Assembly (NCBI GenBank): GCA_002269645.1
Contig: NIVC01001808.1
Coordinates: forward strand, 62,001-126,000
Origin: Macrostomum lignano
Lineage: Eukaryota
Direction: 5' to 3'
DNA length: 64,000 bases
A model generated the notes under the pieces. That model saw only the letters and a list, made by a program, of their open reading frames with translations, had not been told where the DNA came from and did no database searches. Made by a program: the position numbers and the translations under genes. Shown here piece by piece: positions 57,078-64,000 of this stretch; within the stretch, counting starts at the first letter, position 1, and each line of letters begins with the position of its first letter.

Positions 57078-57798
57078 CTCTGCACCGAAAGCTGGCGGTG
57101 TTCACCTCCGATTTGAACTGTTGCGGCTCATAAGATAAGGAAAGGCGCGAGAGAGAGAGCAGAAGAAAAGGCAGATTAGATTTGCATACACGGAGCCCAA
57201 GCAGAGCGACACTGGGATGGGAAACGCGCCGCAATGGGAGAAAATGGGCAGGCAAGGCAAGGCAGGGAAATGGCTATGGGGAAAAGATGGGATTTTTTGG
57301 TCTTTCCTGGCCTCTTTTGCCAACAACCTCGCCCTATCTGTCTCTCTGTCGGTCTCGTCCCGACTGCAGCCGCTGCATCCCTCTCCCGTTTCCCTTTCCC
57401 GCCTCTCGCCCAGCCTCCCAGAAGCCCGCATCAGCTCCCGCTCTTGTCTGACCTAAAAAAATCATCACCTCTTCACCCGCCAACTCTCAGTCCGTTTCCC
57501 CGGGGCCCCCAACGCTACTGCTGCCTCCCCTTCCTGCCCACCTCCTCACTAAGTCATGCCGCTTGCCCCCAAGCTTCATCTACTGGCCGCAGCTGCCCTT
57601 CCGCCCCCCCTACCCTGCCACTCTGTCCTCCCCCCCCCCAACCTCATAGTAGACATTGAAAATCAAACGCCGGTATAGACAGAGCAGAAACAACACGTGA
57701 GAGAGGTCTCCTGCTGCTGTTGTTGCTGCCCCCCTTGTTAGCGCATCAGAGACAGCAGCAAACAGGAGCCTAGAGCGGAGCTGCGGCAGGCGCTAGCG

Positions 57799-58053
57799 AT
57801 GTCCGGCGGCCAGCACGCTCACAGGAAAGTGTCATTCTGCAACTCGGCCGAGCTGATCTGCACTGACCCGGCCGAGAATCTCGTGCTGTACGAGAGCAGC
57901 GTGCCGGTGCCTGAGACGGACGAGCGCTCGGGCGGGCGGCCGCCGCTGCCCAAAGATGCCGACTTGCCTGCTAAAGGGGCCGAAGCGGCGACCGCAGAGG
58001 CAGCGGGAAAAGTGGCGAGGTCAAACCAGGAGAAGAGCGATCGCAAAAAATGA
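57799..58053 (+). CDS. Small hypothetical protein (84 aa) with RKVSF motif; may be the first exon of a longer gene
   Basis: ATG...TGA ORF with GC-rich codon usage like the other exons, preceded by UTR-like sequence. No recognisable domain. Confidence 0.5.
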   Translation: MSGGQHAHRKVSFCNSAELICTDPAENLVLYESSVPVPETDERSGGRPPLPKDADLPAKGAEAATAEAAGKVARSNQEKSDRKK

Positions 58054-58383
58054 CCCTGAGCTGTGTTGGAGATTGTGCAGGACTCACGGTCGGATACAAG
58101 CTGTGATTCGCTTATAAACCTAAAAAATTAAACTAATCAAATTATCAATTGCATATTTTGATTTATATTCTGTCAAATTGGTGATCAACTTTCTCTGAGT
58201 GATGCATTTTTATCGCCGTTGGACGCTAAATTATTGGTAGAATATGCACAACACAACAAAGTTATCATAAATACAAACTTAGCTGTTCAATGTTGCTGAA
58301 TGAAATCCTTAGCTTAAAATATTCGGTTGGATTTTAATCTGGTAAGATTTTTAAGTCTGCTTTTTGCTGACAACTGCTAAATT

Positions 58384-59104
<721 letters not shown>

Positions 59105-59711
59105 ATCGCACCCACATCATTGCAGGACTTCATGTTCTTTGAAGGCCAGAACCGGCGCTCGCAGCACTGAGGTTGGGTTGCGCAGACCCAACCAAGATGA
59201 CTTACAACCCGAACCAGACTTCAGAGTTGCCTTGCGCTGACTTATATAAGAGCGTAACTACGAGTACAAGAATATTCCTTTCTGCTTGTTTCCTTGCCTT
59301 GTCCCTGATGTTTTTTGCCTCAATAAGCGGATATTTTAGCGGCCAATCCATATCAAACCTTAGCATCTAAGCTAAAAATCTTTTTCCGAACAAACGCTTC
59401 TGAATAATAATAATAATCGGTTTTCTCGACATAAAAACGAAAAGTTCTTTTACTTATTTAAGTAAAAAATTTAGTCTCGGACTGAGCAAACAAAAATAAG
59501 TTATTCTACAGGTAGGCGGAGGCAATAAAAGGGCGGGTCAATGGTTCAATCGCAAGTCTTAGTTACCTGCTACTCCAGATAGGTAATAAATTACAAAACG
59601 AAGGAACGAATCGACACTGTTTAGGAAAATCCCTCTACTAAACATCTAAATCGGGCGATGGGATAATCTTGTCCATTGGCTGCCTTTCTGCTTTCCGGTC
59701 TCATTAATTTG

Positions 59712-60150
59712 GGAGACAAATCTCCCTCTTCCACTCTTCCCCTTCCCATTGAGTTCGGAGATAAATCTCCCTCTTCCACTCTTCCCCTTCCCATTGAGTT
59801 CGGAGATAAATCTCCCTCTTCCACTCTTCCCCTTTCCATTGAGTTCGGGGATAAATCTCCCTCTTCCACTCTTCCCCTTCCCATTGAGTTCGGGGATAAA
59901 TCTCCCTCTTCCACTCTTCCCCTTTCCATTGAGTTCGGGGATAAATCTCCCTCTTCCACTTTTCCCCTTTCCATTGAGTTCGGGGATAAATCTCCCTCTT
60001 CCACTCTTCCCCTTCCCATTGAGTTCGGGGATAAATCTCCCTCTTCCACTCTTCCCCTTCCCATTGAGTTCGGGGATAAATCTCCCTCTTCCACTCTTCC
60101 CCTTTCCATTGAGTTCGGGGATAAATCTCCCTCTTCCACTCTTCCCCTTT
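59712..60150. repeat. 45-bp minisatellite
   Basis: Unit GAGTTCGGGGATAAATCTCCCTCTTCCACTCTTCCCCTTTCCATT. Confidence 0.97.
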
Positions 60151-60515
60151 CGAAGAGGCGCAGAGAGGAATAGAATGAATTGTTGCAAACTACGAGGGTA
60201 GTTCTAGCTAGTAAATTAGCTTGCTTGTTGCTACTGTATTTCCAATAGTAGCAGAGCTGATAATTGCTAAAAGTTACTGCTGTTTTTTTAAAAAACTGAA
60301 TTGTTCGGGTCATTACTTCAAGCAATTAAAAATCTGATAAAAAGTTGACGGACTGACACGGGTAAACACAGAATTAGAAGATGGGGGCGTCAGATCTACG
60401 CTCTTAGCCTATACTAGTAGTTACGACCAATCTAGAACAGATAAATGTAGATAATAAATTTGAGTTATAAGTTTTATAACATTGTTTCCTGCTGCCAGTT
60501 TGCTGCTGCCAGCCG

Positions 60516-63500
60516 CTAACACAAAACATGCAGCAGCGTAATCTTCACCGACCCGTCATTGACGCCTGCTTTGGTGTTGCCGCCGGTGATGCCGGAGCAG
60601 CCGCTGCCGCCGCAGTAGGAGCCGCCGCCACCTCCCGCCATATATCTGACCCGCCCGGCTCCGCCGCCGCTGAAGCCACCGCCGCCGCCGCTGGCTCCGT
60701 AGAAGCCGCCGCCGCCGCCGCCACCAAAGCCGCCCTTGTAGTCGTATCCGGCCCCCGCCTCACCGCCGGCCCAGTTGTTCGCAAGGCCGTTGCCGCGATC
60801 TCCGTCATAGTAGCCGCGCCGCGCCTTGTTGGGCCTGCCGAGCCAGCCAGCGCCGGAGCCGCCGTGGTGCTCACCCGATGGCACCGCGTTCGTCTTCGTG
60901 AATCCCGGCTGGCCGTTCGAGCCGCCGAAGCCTTTGTAGGTCGAGTCCGGCTTTGAGTTCGTTCCGCTGGTGCCCGCCTGGCCGTCCACGCCTGCAGTTG
61001 GGAGACAGGCTTGAGATTGATGCATTGACGCAAATGCCCTCGGTCCCCTCAGATTTGGCGCCGATGCCCTTAGTCCCTTCAGATTTGGCGCCATTGCCCT
61101 TAGTCCCTTTAGATTTGGCGCCGTTGCCCTTAGTCCCTTTAGATTTGGCGCCGTTGCCCTTAGTCCCTTTAGATTTGGCGCCATTGCCCTTAGTCCCTTC
61201 AGATTTGGCGCCATTGCCCTTAGTCCCTTCAGATTTGGCGCCGTTGCCCTTAGTCCCTTTAGATTTGGCGCCGTTGCCCTTAGTCCCTTTAGATTTGGCG
61301 CCATTGCCCTTAGTCCCTTCAGATTTGGCGCCATTGCCCTTAGTCCCTTCAGATTTGGCGCCATTGCCCTTAGTCCCTTCAAATTTGGCGCCGATACCCT
61401 TAGTCCCTTTAGATTTGGCGCCGTTGCCCTTAGTCCCTTCAAATTTGGCGCCGATGCCCTTAGTCCCTTCAAATTTGGCGCCGATACCCTCAGATTTGGC
61501 GCAAATGCCCTCAGTCCCTCAGATTTGGCGCCGATACCCTCAGATTTGGCGCAAATGCCCTCAGTCCCTCAGATTTGGCGCCGATACCCTCAGATTTGGC
61601 GCAAATGCCCTCAGTCCCTCAGATTTGGCGCCGATACCCTCAGATTTGGCGCAAATGCCCTCAGTCCCTCAGATTTGGCGCCGATACCCTCAGATTTGGC
61701 GCCGATACCCTCAGATTTGGCGCAAATGCCCTCAGTCCCTCAGATTTGGCGCAAATGCCCTCAATCCCTCAGATTTTGCGCAAATGCCCTCAATCCCTCA
61801 GATTTGGCGCCGATGGCACTCAGATTTGGCGCCATTACCTATCAGTCCATTAAAAGTCCCGCTGCTTCCCTTCAGCTGCTCAGATCCAAACACACTCTGG
61901 TTTCTAAGAGTTAGCACTGATTACTCCCCAGTTTCGATAAATCCCCTCGAGCCCCCTCAGTCCCACAGAACTGGTATCAGTCGATCCATTCCCCGAACCA
62001 GCAGACCAAACAACACCAAATCCTACAGTCCCTCGGGGCTAAATAGATGTTACCTTTATGGTCTTTGCCGGCCCCTCCGCCACCTCCAGCAGCCAGCAGC
62101 AGGGTGTTGTCGGCGTCCTTGTAGACAAAGCTGCCCCCGCCGCCGCCAGCGCTGCCATGCGACAGCGTTTGTGACGTTATGTAGCCGCCTCTCTTCCCGA
62201 CAACAACAGACAGAACTGTGCCGGCCGTCAGCCTGAAATTGCCGCTCATTTTGGCGCCGTTGCCTCCACTTCTAGCGAACACTTTGCCGCCATCGGCACC
62301 CAGTGCCTCGATCCGGTAGCAGGCGGTGAACGGCAGCTGCACCGTCTGAACCGAACCGGTGCGTACGGAGCTCGTAGCTGAAGCTGAGAGACATTTCTTA
62401 TTAAAAAAACAATTTAGAGGATTCAGACAGAGTTGAGTCATAGGGGTCATAGAGGGAATTAGGTCACAGCCGGAATTGAGTCATAGACGGAATCGGGTTA
62501 TCGATAGAATCGGGTCATAGGCGTAATTGAATAATACATGTAGACGGAACTGGGTCTAGACAGATTCGGTTCATAGACGGAATTGGGTCATAGATAATAA
62601 CGGGTCATGGATAGAATTGGGTCATAGATAGAATCTGGTCATAGATAAAACCGGGTCATAGACAAAGTTGAATCATAGACGGATTTGAGTCATAGATGGA
62701 ATCCGGTTATACGAGCTATATAGAATCAAGTCATCAATGGAATCAGGTCATAGATAAAATCGGTCATAGACGGAACCGGGTCATGGACAGATTCAGTTCA
62801 TTGACGGAATTGGGTCATAGATAAAACCGGGTCAAGGATTGAATTGGGTCATACGTAGATAGAATCGGGTCATAGATGGAGTCGGGTCATAGATGGAATC
62901 GGGTCATAGATGGAATCGGGTCATAGATGGAGTCGGGTCATAGATGGAATCGGGTCATAGATGGAGTCGGGTCATAGATGGAATCGGGTCTTAGATGGAG
63001 TCGGGTCATAGATGGAATCGGGTCATAGATGGAATCGGGTTATATATAGAATCAGGTCATAGATGGAATCGGGTCATAGATGGAGTCGGGTCATAGATAG
63101 AATCGGGTCATAGATGGAATCGGGTTATATATAGAATCAGGTCATAGATGGAATCGGGTCATAGATGGAGTCGGGTCATAGACAGAACTAGGCCATGAAC
63201 GAAATTGAGTCATAGACGGAATTTGTCATTGACGGAATTGGGGTCATAGATAGAATCGGGTCATTGACGGAGTTGGGTCACAGACGGAATCAGGCCAATG
63301 ATAGAATTAGGGCAATATGATCGGGGCCAAACCATTGGGCCAGAGAAAGAACCGAACGATCACAATCCTTCCGGCTACTCACCAGAAAAAGTCTTCTCAA
63401 ACGGCGGCAGCAGGGCGGCCAGCCGCAGCTCCAAGTCGGCCACTTTCCACAGCCGATCGGACGGTCCGGCCTCAACGTGTCGCCGCACGCGGCTCGGGTT

Positions 63501-63733
63501 CGAATTCGGCATCGATTTGGTCGAGTCATCGGCCAGAAAAATCATTCGGCAGATTTTGGAACCGTTGGCCAGGCTGGCGACTGAGCAGCCTCCCTGCAGG
63601 CAGGCAGTGGCGCACTCGATCTCGGACCGGACTCCGGTCACATTTAGCTCGAAGCTGCTTGTCACATTGTCGATGAGTACCGAGTCCGTTCGGATCAGCT
63701 CGGTCTGGTTCACATTGGAGCCGGCGCTGGCGG
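60516..63733 (-). CDS. PAN/apple-like domain + ALK/LTK-type glycine-rich domain protein, 5' end outside window, 3 exons visible
   Basis: Exons 63733-63383, 62383-62054, 60991-60516, all phase 1 with GT-AG; TAG at 60518-60516. PAN-like 'ECATACLQGGCSVASLANGSKIC'. GRD motifs: 'YRIEALGADGG', 'GAKMSGNFRLTAGTVLSVVVGKRG', 'GGGGGSFVY..LLLAAGGGGG', 'GGFGGGGGG', 'GGGGGSYC', 'GSVKITLL'. Confidence 0.85.
61030..61835. repeat. Compound 30-bp / 18-bp minisatellite (intronic)
   Basis: CAGATTTGGCGCCGTTGCCCTTAGTCCCTT units shifting to CAGATTTGGCGCCGATACCCT / CAGATTTGGCGCAAATGCCCTCAGTCCCT. Confidence 0.95.
62440..63300. repeat. Degenerate 17-bp minisatellite (intronic)
   Basis: GGAATCGGGTCATAGAT units. Confidence 0.9.
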
Positions 63734-63779
63734 CTGGAAATAGAATCAGCTTCCGATTGTCAGATGCGCATTGTGGCAC

Positions 63780-64000
63780 TCCATTTGGAGCCATCAATGA
63801 CCATTTGGAGCCATCGATGACCATTTGGAGCCATCGATGACCGTTTGGAGCCATCGATGACCGTTTGGAGCCATCAATGACCATTTGGAGCCATCGATGA
63901 CCGTTTGGAGCCATCGATGACCGTTTGGAGCTATCGATGACAGCCATCGATGACCGTTTGGAGCTATCGATGACAGCCATCAATGACCGTTTGGAGCTAT
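63780..64000. repeat. 20-bp minisatellite (intronic, runs off the window)
   Basis: GGAGCCATCGATGACCGTTT units. Confidence 0.9.

Noticed and set aside
60956-61835. PSDLAPLPLV / APNLKGLRA repeat ORFs fused to the Gly-rich exon in the ORF track
   Set aside because: The 30-bp array lies in the intron upstream of the acceptor at 60992; the real exon starts at 60991.

Overview
Eukaryotic, intron-containing genomic DNA. Exons are GC-rich, and most of the rest is a patchwork of distinct mini- and microsatellites. This style resembles a repeat-rich flatworm genome such as Macrostomum (inference only, not checked). I could assemble six genes with GT-AG junctions of consistent phase: (1) a 5'-truncated NACHT + WD40-like NWD-type gene (412-12092, +); (2) syntenin (16468-17866, +); (3) a single-exon class A GPCR (25070-26473, -); (4) an F-spondin-like Reeler + Spondin_N gene that appears to stop before any TSR repeats (40047-46239, -); (5) a profilin domain fused in frame to a ~240-aa N-terminal extension (49346-52904, +); (6) a 5'-truncated PAN/apple + ALK/LTK-type glycine-rich-domain gene with no TM or kinase (60516-63733, -). 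There is also a small GC-rich ORF with an RVxF-like motif (57799-58053). Mobile elements include a solo-LTR-like insertion with a 4-bp TSD inside a satellite, a hAT-type MITE with an 8-bp TSD carrying an internal tandem array, a tRNA-headed CORE-like SINE, a LINE 3' fragment and a foldback element. Most long ORFs in the supplied track are translations of tandem repeats. The best candidates for novelty are the extended profilin and the kinase-less PAN-GRD protein. Exon boundaries were derived by eye and repeat boundaries are approximate.
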